From contig NC_086109.1 in NCBI RefSeq assembly GCF_963921235.1, positions 4,900,001 to 4,964,000 on the forward strand: a DNA stretch of 64,000 nucleotides, read 5' to 3'. Shown here piece after piece: positions 39,045 through 51,185 of the stretch. The position numbers were made by a program, and so were the translations under genes. The notes beneath the pieces are model-generated. The model was not told where the DNA came from. It searched no databases and worked only from the letters and a program-made list of their open reading frames with translations. The DNA comes from Mobula hypostoma. Taxonomy: Eukaryota. Position 1 is the first letter of the stretch. Every line of letters starts with the position of its first letter.

Positions 39045-40400
39045 CTAGTGAGGTGGCAGAGGACTAAAGGATAGCTAATGTTGCTCCCTTGTTCAAGAAA
39101 GGCTGTACCAATAAACTAGAAAATTACAGGCCAGTGAACTTGAAGTCAGTGGATAAATTATTGGAAGATATTTTAAAAGATGCATAAGTATTTGGATAGA
39201 CAAGGACTGATTAGGGATAGTCAACATGGCTTTGTACGTGGTAGGTCATGTCTAACCAATCTTGTACAAGTTTTTCAAGGAAGTTACTAAGAAAGTTGAT
39301 GAAGGAAAGGATGTTGTCGAAATGGACTTTAGCAAGGCCTTTGACAAAGCCCCATATAAGAAGCTGCACCAGAAGGTTCAGTTGCTTGGCATTCAAGATG
39401 AGGTAGTAGATTAGATTTGATACTGGCTTTGTGGGAGAAGCTAGAGAGCGGTAGTAGATGGATGTCTCTCTGAGTGGAGGCCTGTGATTAGTAGTGTGCT
39501 GCAGAGATCGGTGCCGAGACCGTTGTTTGTCATCTATGTCAACAATCTGGATGATAATGTAAACTGGGTCAGAAAATTGTAAACGGGGGCATAGTGGTGA
39601 GTGAGTAACACTATCAAAGCTTGCAGTGTGATCGGTACCAGCTAGAAAAATGGTAGACAGAATTTAATGCAGATGAGTGTGATGTTGCACTTTGGACAAA
39701 CCTGGTTAGGACTTCACATCAGAGCACTGAGGAGTGTGATAGTCAGAGGGACCTGGGAATTTAGGTCTGTAATTCCTTGAAAGTGGCATCACAAGTAGAT
39801 AGGGTTGTAAACAGAGCTTTTGGCACACTGGCCTTCGTAAATCAGAGTTTGATTACCGGAGTTGGATTGTTATGTTGAAGTTGCATAAGATGTTGGTGAG
39901 GCTTAATTTGGACTATTGTGTGCAGTTCTGGTCACCTACCTAGAGAAAAGATGTAAATAAGATTGAAAAAATGCAGAGAAAAATCACAAGGAAGTTGCCA
40001 AGGCTTGAGGACCTAAGGAATAGGGAAAGGCTGAATAGGTTAGGATTTTATTCCCTGGAGCATAGGAGAATGAGAAGAGATTTGATAGAGGGGTAGAGAC
40101 AGGGTAACTGCAAACAGGTTTTTTCCCCTGGGTTCAGGTGAGAATAGAACTAAATTTCTGGATTAGGAGTGAAAGCTGAAATATTTAAGGGGAACCTGAG
40201 GGCAAGCTTCTTCACTCAGGAGGAGGAGTGAGTATGGAATGAGCTACCAGCGGAAGTGACGGATGTAGGCTCCATTGCAACGTTTAAGAGAAGTTTGGAT
40301 AAGTACATGGATGGGAGGGGTTTGGAGGCTATGGTCCGGGTGCGGGAAGATGGGACTAGGCAGAAGATCAGGTCGGACTGGATGGGCCTGCTTCTGCGTT
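39045..40400 (+). mobile_element. Degenerate CR1 LINE ORF2 (RT) and 3' end, in the YOD1 coding intron
   Basis: Remnants of ANVAPLFKKG, NYRPV, MDFSKAFDK, DYCVQFWSP and WNELP with many disablements. Confidence 0.85.
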
Positions 40401-40844
40401 GGAGAAAGTGCAAGTGAATTACTGCTTCATTGGGTCAGAAGGTTTGGGGTCTGGGTGGTGGGAAGGGAAGGTGTTGGGTCTCCTGGGATGGTGTAAGCAG
40501 ATGACTAGCTGGCCAAGTAACCTCAGCATTCCACTGCCCTGAGGATGGTGAATCTGTAGAATTCAGAATGCTTCTCATTCAGTGAGGGATTTAAAGATTA
40601 CGGAAGAATGGAGTTAAAAATCCCTTATTATGTGATCTGCCCTTAGCAAGCAAGTTCAATTGTCTACACTTAAACGTCTTAATTAAAAACAGATTTTACA
40701 TACCTGGGAAAAAACTGGGAGTCAGTAAATCAGGAAATCAAAAGGACAGTTCAGAAGAAGTTACTTTATCAAAAAAGTGGCAAGTGGGAATATAATGCTA
40801 TACTAATTGGTGGTTGGGGTGAATGGTGAGGATGTGTTGTTTAT

Positions 40845-40924
40845 CAGGAAATCCCAACCTTTTTATGCCATGGACCAATACCATTAAGCAAGGTGTCCAT
40901 GCACCCCAGGTTGGGAAGCACTGG
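40845..40924. mobile_element. About 80-bp hAT-like MITE; further copies at about 9407-9470, 42583-42654, 54320-54385 and 56755-56832
   Basis: Termini resemble CAGGGGTTCCCAACCT...AGGTTGGGAACCCCTG, with a shared gtccacggacccc core. Confidence 0.65.
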
Positions 40925-41252
40925 TTTAGATAAAGGCTGGGTAAAGACATGAGAAAGGAATGGAGTCATAGAAAACTACGCACAGAAATAGGCTATTCGG
41001 CCCATCTAGTCCATGCCAAACTATTAATCTGTCTAAACCCATTAAGCCCTCCTATCCATGTATCTTCAGAAAATTTCTTTTAGATGTTGATTTGGAGAGG
41101 TTTATATGAGCAAGTAGCTGAATGAAGAGTGACAACCTAGCGTGAAAGATCTGTTTCTTTGCTCTATATTCCTTGTCATTGATGTATTTCTTCATAATGT
41201 CTAAACCAATTCTGAAGTAATCAAGTAGGTCACACTAAACACTCTTTTCCAG

Positions 41253-41956
41253 GAGATACTTTGATTGTGGAGGAGGAACGGGATGTAGTGAAAACCAAAG
41301 CTTCCGCCTCAAAGCTTGGTGTGGAAAGCTCAGATACGAGTACTTTTCCGCACCTGACTCGACATGTTGTCCCTGCAGACAACTCCTGCCTCTTCACAAG
41401 TATCCACTATGTGGTAGAAGGAGGTGTCTGTGAACCAAACTGTGCCCCAGAAATGCGAAACCTGATCGCCCAGATCGTGGCAAGTGACCCCCACTCGTAC
41501 ACAGAAGCGGTACTGGGAAAGAGTAATTGGGAATACTGTAATTGGATTTGCCGGAGTGACACATGGGGAGGGGCCATTGAGATCTCCATTCTATCCAAAT
41601 TTTACCGGTGCGAGATCTGTGTCGTGGATACACAGACAGTACGAATCGACAGGTTTGGAGAGGACGTCAGCTACACGAAGCGGGTGCTTCTGATTTACGA
41701 CGGGATTCACTACGACCCGTTGGAACGGCGGTTTGAGGACCCCGAGACCCCATCGCAAACCATCTTCTCCACGGCGGATGATGTTGTACTCGCTCAGGCA
41801 CTGGAGCTGGGCGATGAGGCTAGAAGAAAACGGCAGTTCACCGATCTGAACAGATTCACACTGCGTTGCGTAGTCTGCCAGAAGGGCCTGGTGGGTCAGG
41901 TAGAAGCTAGGGAGCATGCTAAAGAGACGGGGCACACCAACTTCGGAGAGGTGTGA
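41253..41956 (+). CDS. YOD1: YOD1 last coding exon: OTU catalytic domain plus C-terminal C2H2 zinc finger; spliced protein 303 aa
   Basis: Branch-like ctaaac and acceptor ctcttttccag|GA GAT ACT. Motifs PADNSCLF (catalytic Cys), [14 protein letters not shown] (catalytic His), CVVC...[13 protein letters not shown] stop. 208+704 = 912 nt, in frame. Confidence 0.97.
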
Positions 41957-44900
41957 TGTTCAGAAAATTACTTACCTCACGCTCCTGGAATGCACTGGAA
42001 TATTTCTTTTAGGAACAAAATGGAATTATATGGATCTTTTAAACCCTGGTTTGATTAGTTGTGAGCTGATCAAATTGCTGGTTGGTTGAAAAGGTTAGTT
42101 CTCATTGTTAAACTGCTGTTTACATAGTAGGAATTGATTTTGCCTGATTATTCCAATCTATTATTATACACCTTTCATTGCATATTAAAATATTACTGCC
42201 TCAGGTTTTCCCCATTAAGTGTATTAACTAATGGAGAGATTTAGTTGCCAGAAAAATATGTCAGTGGTTTCTCCAGACTTTGATTGTTCCCGATTAAATT
42301 CACAGGAATGAGCCAAACTGAAAACCTCCTTACTGCAAAACATTCAACTGAAGAAAGTACATGTAAACTTTTTGGTGTGAATACTAATTCCTATAGGTTC
42401 ATCATTCCACTGTTGGGGGGGGGCGGTGGGCGAGGGTAAGAACACGGTTGCCTGTTTAGTGATTTAACAAGTTTTTAGTGGTCAGTTCTTCAGAATAACA
42501 TCCTGAGCTACCACTTTCATTTCTAGCCCGTGTTGATGGCCTGAAATATTTTTTAATTGTTTTGCTGAGTTACCATTTATTGCAGGGATTTCTAACCTGG
42601 GGTCCACGGACCCCCCGGTTAGTGGTAGGGACATAAGAAAGGTTGCGAGCCCCTCATTTATTGTATAAATGCCTAGTAACCCACTTTCCCAGCCAAAGGG
42701 AAGTTTCACTGAATAGCCCAAGGCAACTCTAAGATCAGGAATCCCTACCCTTTATAGAAGTAGTAATGGCATATTGTATCCGGGACTAAGCTACACACTC
42801 AACCAAAGTATTTCACAAGTGAGATCTTGAGGAATGTTCACTGGATATCTTTGCCTCCCTAAAAATTCGAAAGCTGTTACAGCATCAAATTGTTACTTGA
42901 AAGGCAAAGATTTGGTTCTTAGATGATTGTGTAAACAGACAAGGAGGCAGCCCTATTGGTGATGCAGCTTCCTAACAAGATATCCAAGACAGACTCAGTT
43001 CAGGTGCAGTTAATAAATTTGAATTCTGAGGAAACAACCTTCCTATAATTTTCAGATATGAAACTTTGCAATTCCTCCACTAGCACGTGGAGAATCGTTA
43101 CTTGATCTCAGTTACACTGTCAACGGGTGGATCTGTGAGTGTCCTAGTCCAAAGCTTTCCCAGTAAACAACTTTTGGATAATCAAATCCTTGATAGTGCC
43201 TCTTAACATTGACTCAGTGCACTGCATAAGAATTGATGGTTTTTCAAAGTCAAACTTAATTCAAATCTACTCATCTTAATTGAATGACACAATTAAAATC
43301 GTGGTCCCCTGTTTTAACCATTTATCTGAAAATGGCTTCTATCCAGTCAAAATTGTGACAGAATTAGGGTTATTTTGTATGTGAATCACTTGTAGACATT
43401 AGTAAAGAAATTGTTTTGGAAAGCTGATCTTTAAAGATGACATTGATCTTTGAAGATGACTTTATATTTAATTGATGTTAAATTTATTTATGCAAGTATT
43501 CATTTTGTAGCAGGCCTAAACTGCTTTAGTCACAATCATTTTATGTGCCACATGTTTTTATCAGACATACATATGTAAATGTTTTAGATTTTTTCTAATG
43601 TATCTGTAATTTATTTAAAGATGAAAACATTTTAAATAGTGAAAAAAATGGAGTTTTTGGTGCTATTATCAGAAGGAAGCCATTTTTAAAAAATTTCTAA
43701 AGCTCTGTTTAGAATTTTTCAGGATTGAGTCAACTGCAAATGAACAATGTTCAGATGTGAAAGCTCAGCTAACAAATATTACGAGTAGCAACTTGATTTC
43801 GTTATTGGCCCAGCATGTGGATGATGCCTTTGGGTTATTGTTTTCAGCTAATTCTAATAATTTAAGCAAAATCCTGTTACAGATTATTATCTGAGTGTGT
43901 GGATATGCCAAATTTTGTACCACAAGGTTATTATTGTAGTTGTTCAATATAAGGTAATGTTAGGAAACAACTCAGCTTATTCCAGAAACCATCAAGTGCG
44001 TGCACCCTTTGCTTCTCTGTTACGTTGGGTGCAAAGTAATGATCTCTGTGGCAGCAATGTGCCTTACACCCAACTCTGAAACCAATATTGTACAACATCT
44101 CCAAAGAACGTGGTATTTTGCTATATTTCAAGTGCTTTTTCCTTCGCAGATCATTTGGGACTAATTTCACATCACAAGTGTCTCTGGTTGCCAGTGTGAG
44201 CTAGAGGTCAAGAGTCTAGTTTTAATCCTTGCCAGTAGTACTTCTGCAGGATAAGCTGTCCCCCTCAAATATTCCTCTGTACGAGTTCACTACCAATAAG
44301 TGAGTCCCATAGTGTCATTGCTGTTCAATCTAAAGGTAATTTCCTTTCAAATCTTCCTGAACAGATTACGTTACTAACCCTTGTTTAAATGCTTTTTTTT
44401 GGGCAGTCTCTTGTAATTTTAGATAAACGCATGCACTTGAAAGAGGATTCTCCTTGTTCTGCCTTTGGCAAATAATTGCACTACTGCTATGTGCCTGCAG
44501 GTGGCATCTCAACCTAAGAGATGCAGCAATCATTGGTTAATGCACCATCAGTATGGTTCATGGCTAGATCATGAAGGGGACATTTCTATATTCTTGTTGC
44601 TAAAAGATTTTTAAAAGAGTTTGTGTCTATACTCATTAACTAATATCATGTAGCTATTTGCTTGAGTTATTGTCGAGTTATTTCTATAATTCCTCGTCAC
44701 TGAAATTTATTAGGAATATAGCAGAAGGCCTTTCAGCCCATCTAGTTGAATGATCCTAGTGATCCAAATTCAGTTCCATGAACCTGCTTTCTTCCCATAT
44801 CCTTTGATTTATTTAACCATTACTATTTCTCCTTGAAGATATTTCAGTAATTGGTCTCAACTGCCTTCTCTGGTGCAGAATTCCACAGGTTCACCACTCA

Positions 44901-46761
44901 AGGGTGTGGATATTTCTCCTCATCTGAGTCCTACATGACTTGTCCCTTCTCGTTAGAGCCCCTTGAGATGACACCCTTGTCCTTGGGCTGTGACCGTGAA
45001 CCCTCCCACCATCAGGAACATCCTGCATCTGGTCTATCCAGAACTGTTAAAAATGTCAGAATCAGGTTGATTATCACTGACATATGCTGTGAAATTTTTT
45101 TGTTTTGTGACAGCAGTACAATGCAAGACATGAAATATATCACAAATTACAATAAGAAATCAAAAAGAGAGAGAAATATTAATGGTAGTGTTCACGGACC
45201 ATTCAGAAATCTGATGGCAGAGGGGAAGAAAATGTTCCTAAAATGTTGAGTGTGGCTCTTAGGGCTCCTGTGCCTTCTCCCTGGTGGTAGTAATAAGAAG
45301 TGGTGGGGTCCTTTATGATGGATGCTGTCTTTTTGAGGCTTCACCTTTTGAAGATGTCCTCAATGCCAGGGAGGCCGTTGCCCATCATGGAACGAGCTGA
45401 GTTTACAACCCTCTGCAGCTTTTACCGATTCTTTACATTAGCCCCTGAAAACCAGACAGTGATGCAACCAGTTAGAATGCTCACCACAGTACATCTGCAG
45501 AAATTTTCTAGTCTTGGGTGACATGGACGCCATGTCGCTGAACACTAGCAAGTGTGTAGGTTTCTATGAGTTCATTCCAAACTCTACAAAAGAGCCCTAA
45601 CCAATCCCATCACTGCAGGCTTGTTGAGGCATAATCTGAGTATACATACTAGTGAAAAAGCAAAGAATGAATTCTGATAAAATATTCGGTGTCCTTGTCA
45701 GAGATTACATACGGAAACATTTAGAAGCAAACCATTGCAGTTTTTGTACTGTTTTTGTTTGCTTCACAGCCCACCCTATACATTTCCTATGTTTATAGCC
45801 TCTCAGTAGAAGATTTAGATTGCTTTTGGGGCCCAGTGTAAACACAAGCATTATGTAAACTCAAAAGGGGAATTGGATAAGCAGTTCAGGAAAAATAATC
45901 TGCAAGTCTTCAGGGAACAAATGGTAGAACGTCTCCTCAAAGAGCTAGCATGGAATTGATGGGCAGAAATGTGCTATGACAGGTCTGTAATTTATGAAAG
46001 GGTGTTAGAGAGAATCAATAAAATGTGACAGACTTCTGATGACATGAATGTTGAGAGCAGTGTCTTACAAAAGCTGGTAAAGTAAAAATACGCTCCTATT
46101 CAAAAGAGAAAAGGTAGATTTAACTATCTATCATAAAAATACCTTGTAACATAGATTATTGTACTACATTCATTTGATCAGTATTTTAAAATAAGCTTCA
46201 ATGACCTATGGTTGGGTTGAGTTATTCTCTAAGCTTTACTTTTTGCAGTTTACTTGCAAACATTTCATCACCTTGCAAGGCAACATTGTCAGTGCGCTGT
46301 TGACTGTGGTGTGTCCTCCGAATGCTTGGCCTTTATATACTTTTAAATCAGCTGATTGGCTGAGTGGTGAACTTTGTGCATTGTGGTCAGGAATTTTGCC
46401 TGCATCAGCTCGTATATAGGACCGAAGTCTGCATGTTTTACAGAAATGTTTGTGGAAAACCACGCTTCTAAGCATTCTCTTGCATGCCATGTGTTCACTT
46501 CTGCTATGACTTTCACTGATGCCCAGTTGAATTTCTGCCCTTGATCTTCATGGGTAGAGACTAGGGAGAGTGGCCACGCTGCTTAAACCCAATTGATGTT
46601 CATGGATCTTTGTGGATAGTTTTCTCCCAGTCTGGCCAACGTAATATTTGTTGCAGTCTCCGCATTGGGTTTTGTCATTGTATACTGGACTGATTTTGAT
46701 TACACTTCTACATTTCTAGAGCTAAAATTAAGTGCTGGATCATGTAAAATGTATGGTTAAA

Positions 46762-47236
46762 CACAAAAGATTGTCCTCATGCTGGAAATCTTGAGCAACA
46801 CACATAAAATACTGGAGAACCTCAGCAGGTCAGGCAGCATCTATAGATTTCTGCAACTTCTGGTAACTTCTCCCCATCACCCTTCTTCCTTTTCCATTCC
46901 ACATTCTCGCTCCCCTCTTTTACCCCTTCCCCCCACCCTGCCCATCACCTCCTCCTTCCCTTTCTCCCATAGTCCACTTTCTTCTCCTATCAGATTATTT
47001 CTTCTTCAGCCCTTTACCTCTTCCACCCACCCCCTCCCAGCTTCTCACTTCCCTCCCCCACCCACCTCCGCCTTCACCTGTCACCTGCCAGTTTGTACTC
47101 TGCCCCCACCTTATTCTGGCTTCTACCCCCTTCCTTACCAGTCCTGATGAATGTCTTGGCCTGAAATGTTGACTGTTTATTCCCCATCATCGATGCTGCC
47201 TGACCTACTGAGTTCTGCCAGCATTTTGTGTGTGTC
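46762..47236. mobile_element. Fold-back PLE remnant (short inverted tail plus a plus-strand 3' UTR)
   Basis: TSD TGTATGGTTAAA 46750-46761 / TGTGTGGTTAAA 47237-47248; hammerhead-like motif 47139-47175. Confidence 0.8.
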
Positions 47237-49084
47237 TGTGTGGTTAAATGTTTGTTAAGGCAGCTATGAAACATAACCGGGTTGGCATGTGTTTTATAAG
47301 CCCTTGGAAATATTACAGGCTGGCAGCACTTATTCAAGATTGTCCCATTGTGCTATTTACAGAAGCATTCCATATTCTCAAAATTCAGGTTCGGCAGAAA
47401 TATTGTTGAGGAGTTGACAACAAAATGCACCTGCCAGACCCGCTTTCTACGTTATACATTACAGCTATGAAATGCTGTGATGAATCATTTTTGACAGCAG
47501 TTTAGAACAGCTGTGTATATCTGCTACTTGGCCCAAATCTTAGAGAACAATCTCTGTAGAATTGGACCAATGGTGATAGGATATCGGTTGTGCACAGATT
47601 TTAATTTTACCCACTTCAATGCAAGAGGAAAAGTGTACAGGCTAACCCATTGGAGTCCATGTCGCAGAGCTCAGCCAGACTCAGGCTGTCTGGGCTGGCC
47701 GTTGCATCTTTTAAAACCATCGATACCACTCGAATTCTCATTAGAATTAACATCATCTCCCTGTCAACACAGGCAGAATCTACTAATATCGGCCTTGTGG
47801 GTGACAGCAAACTGAGAATTAAAATGGAACTGTAGTTCCTCAACATTAAAGGGACATCTTATGTCTGCAAGGCCCTGCAAATTAATTCTCCAGCTAACAC
47901 CCTTCTATTATTTTTATACTTCTCTTGAACTCTTAAAAACACTTTTTGTTGTGAATCTTCTCCTGGTATTAGAGTTGATTTAAATCTTTGTTTCTTGGTT
48001 TTTAAATTGTCTCTTTTAAATTTTTTATCCTTAGCAAAAAGAAGTCTCATGACTTTCTCTAAAATCCTAAAAGTTGTAACCTTGGCCCAAGGATCTCCTC
48101 TGAATAGAAGAACATCTAACCCCTACTAAAACTTTAAAATCACCATTACATAAAATAAGGGTATTAAGATTATTGTGTGGATGGGGCTGTGTCCAACACT
48201 GACAGGCCAGTGTGGGAAAGTTTTTAAAGTGGAAAGCCATTGCACCGGGGCAGTTCCACTCACTCGACCTCAGGAGTCCAAGTCCAACGGTACGAACAAC
48301 TGTCACAAACTGGGACCTTGGTTACAGTGGATGACCATGACGTCTTCATGCCCTTCGCTCTCCACAGAATGTTCCTGACTGTTGGATTTCACTAGACCTC
48401 ATCCGTCCAGTCCTCCAGAGCTGATTCCACATGCCAGGATAGGCATGTCCCTAACTCACTGGGGTATGAGGCTGCTGGTTGCCCTCACCTGGTTTAGCCC
48501 ACTTGTCGAAGCAATGTGCCAGGATGTGGCTGCTGTCACATGTAGACAGCTACTTGGAACTACAGGTGAGAACTGAGTGTCTGGTCAGGACCAAAGGTGA
48601 ATGAGCTGCCCCAGAATGACATGACAAGTCATTTCACCAGAGGTGCAACCCCTCCCTGGACACCACATATACCCCAAGATTATTATCTGAACCATGACTA
48701 AAACCTACAGTATCCTGTACAACACTTTTGCACGTAATCTTTATTACTGATGGGCATATTTTCTTAACACGTGCATTTCTTTTGAAATTTTGTAGATTAA
48801 CATAAATGTAGTTTGTCTTTTATTAGATGTTTGCTGTTGATCTTCAAGCCAGTTCACCAGCAATCAAGGCATTAACGTTTTTCTTGCCAGCAAACCCTTG
48901 CTCCAAGACCAGGGGCAAGTTTAGCTTTTCCTCTGACCAAACTAATGGATTCCTACTTTCCTTCTGGACTTCTGCTCCACTGGAAGAGATTAGCCGACAA
49001 CGGCTGTCCTCTTAGTTTCACGGAACAAGGTGCATGTGAAACTTTAGTGGGACCATAGAGAATGATGACCAAGTATGGTTTACA

Positions 49085-49773
49085 TAGAAAAAATAGGTGC
49101 AGGAGTAGGCCATTCGGCCCTTTGAGCCTGCACCGCCATTTATTATGATCACGGCTGATCATCCAAATCAGAACCCTGCACCAGCCTTCCCTCCATACCC
49201 TCTGATCCCCCTAGCCACAAGGGCCGTATCTAACTCCCTCATAAGTATAACCAATGAACTGGCCTCAACTGTTTTCTGTGGCTAAGAATTCCACAGATTC
49301 ACTACTGTCTGTGTGAAGAAGTTTTTCCTAATCTCAGTCCTAAAAGGCTTCGCCTTTATCCTCAAACCGTGACCCCTCGTTCTGGACTTTCCCAACATCG
49401 GGAACAATCGTCGTGCATCTAGCCTGTCCAATCCCTTTAGGATTTTATACGTTTCAATCAGATCCCCCCTCAATCTTCTAAATTCCAACGAGTACAAGCC
49501 CAATTCATCCAGTCTTTCTTCATGTGAAAGTCCTGCCATCCCAGGAATCAATCTGGTGAACCTTCTTTGTACTCCCTCTATGGCAAGGATGTCTTTCCTC
49601 AGATTAGGGGACCAAAACTGCACACAATACTCCAGGTGTGGTCTCACCAAGGCCTTGCACAACTGCAGTAGTACCTCCCTGCTCCTGTACTCGAATCCTC
49701 TTGCTATCAATGCCAGCATACCATTCGCCTTTTTCACCGCCTGCTGTACCTGCATGCCCACTTTCAATGACTG
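49085..49773 (-). mobile_element. Young CR1 LINE 3' fragment
   Basis: Open peptide LVRPHLEYCVQFWSP...RRLRGDLIETYKIL...FFTQTVVNLWNS. Confidence 0.92.
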
Positions 49774-50084
49774 CAATGTTTGCAGGAAGTTATCACAAAG
49801 TTGCAACTAACAGCTAAGATCAAGGCTGCAGTAATATGGAGACATTTTCCCCAACAGTAACCAGATTTATTCAGTTTACAATTGAGGTGAATAATAACTC
49901 AGGCATATATCAGTTACAGCTACAGTTTACTGTTTGAGGTTTTTAATCCTTTTGTAAATGAATTTATATATAATTATTTAATGTATAATTAGAAATAGTT
50001 TATAGTTCAAGTGCATATGGTGCTTAAATTAACAGATACGTCAAGCAAAGGTCAGTGTACAGTATATGATCTGTCCTTGATTAG

Positions 50085-50472
50085 TTTGTTCTTTCGTTAT
50101 GTGCCACGTTGTGTGACTTGAATGATCATAGTCCTTCCATGACCATGATTGTTCTTGACCAATTTTTCTACAAATGTGGTTTTCCATTTCCTCCTTTTGG
50201 GTAGTGTCTTTACAACATGGATGACCCCAGCCGTTATCAATACTCTTCAGAGTTTGTTTGCCTGGTGTTAGTGGTCATGTAACCAGGACTTGTGATGTGC
50301 ACCAGTTGTTCATACGACCATCCACCACCTGCTTCCATGGCTTCACATGAGTGGAGGAGTGGGATGGGCTAAGCAGGTGCTACACCTTGCCCAAGAATGA
50401 CCTGCAGGCTAGTGGAGAGAAGGAGCATCTTACACCTCTTTTGGTAGAGACGTATTTCCACCTCGCCACCCA
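50085..50472 (-). mobile_element. RTE-related non-autonomous repeat; second copy at about 9940-10245, fragment at about 36570-36740
   Basis: Dispersed copies share about 300 bp, including a GGCAATGGCAARCCAY motif reminiscent of RTE/BovB-type 5' regions. Confidence 0.55.
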
Positions 50473-50659
50473 GCAGTAGGGGTATCAAATGTTATGGGGA
50501 GAAGGCCGGAGAATGGGATTGAGAGGAATAATAAATCTGGAATGATGGGACAGACTGGATGGGCTGAATGGCCTAATTTTGCTCTTGTGTCTGAAGCTCA
50601 TATTTGGTAATGGATTAGGGAAACATTTTAATACTGCTTTGTGCCAATCATTTCTTGTA

Positions 50660-50812
50660 CAGTCGACCTTCACTAATCCATCTACCTGTAATCCGGTTTC
50701 TTTGATAATCCGGCAGTGATTATGCTTAATATGATCCTTCTGTAATTCGGCATTTTCACTAATCCGGCACTCCTCAGGTCCCAGTGGTGCCGGATTAGTG
50801 AAGGTTGTCCTG
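50660..50812. mobile_element. 153-bp Tc1/mariner-superfamily (pogo/Tigger-like) MITE
   Basis: TA|CAGTCGACCTTCACTAATCC...GGATTAGTGAAGGTTGTCCTG|TA; internal TAATCCGG repeats. Confidence 0.8.
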
Positions 50813-51185
50813 TACAATCAATTGTGTAAATCTCCACAACAAACCCTTGGGGGTTTTAAACTTCAGTACATAAACTTTAGTTGAGCAAGGGTTTAATGCA
50901 TGGTGGACTAGGAATGTCTTTCAACTGTGAATACCGTGTTTCTGTCCTTGAGATGTTTAATTTTCACATATTCATACATTTGCATGCTTTCAGAATGATC
51001 CTTGCTGCCTAGCATTGAAAACTAAAACCTTACCATCTTGAGCATGAAATTGGGAAGGCTCTTAAAAAATCTGACATCATTTAAGTTGGATAGGTTTTGA
51101 ATAACATTGAATGCCAGAACTCAGCAAGTGATTTTTTTTTTGAAAAACATGATTTAGAATTCTTGTTGTGGAGCAGAAAGATTCC

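Noticed and set aside
41261..41956. 231-aa ORF as a standalone or processed YOD1
   Set aside because: It starts at TTG just after a splice acceptor and joins the 38668-38875 exon in frame.
47616..48050. Minus-strand ORFs or a possible exon in unique DNA
   Set aside because: No recognisable protein similarity, and the splice signals do not build a coherent model.
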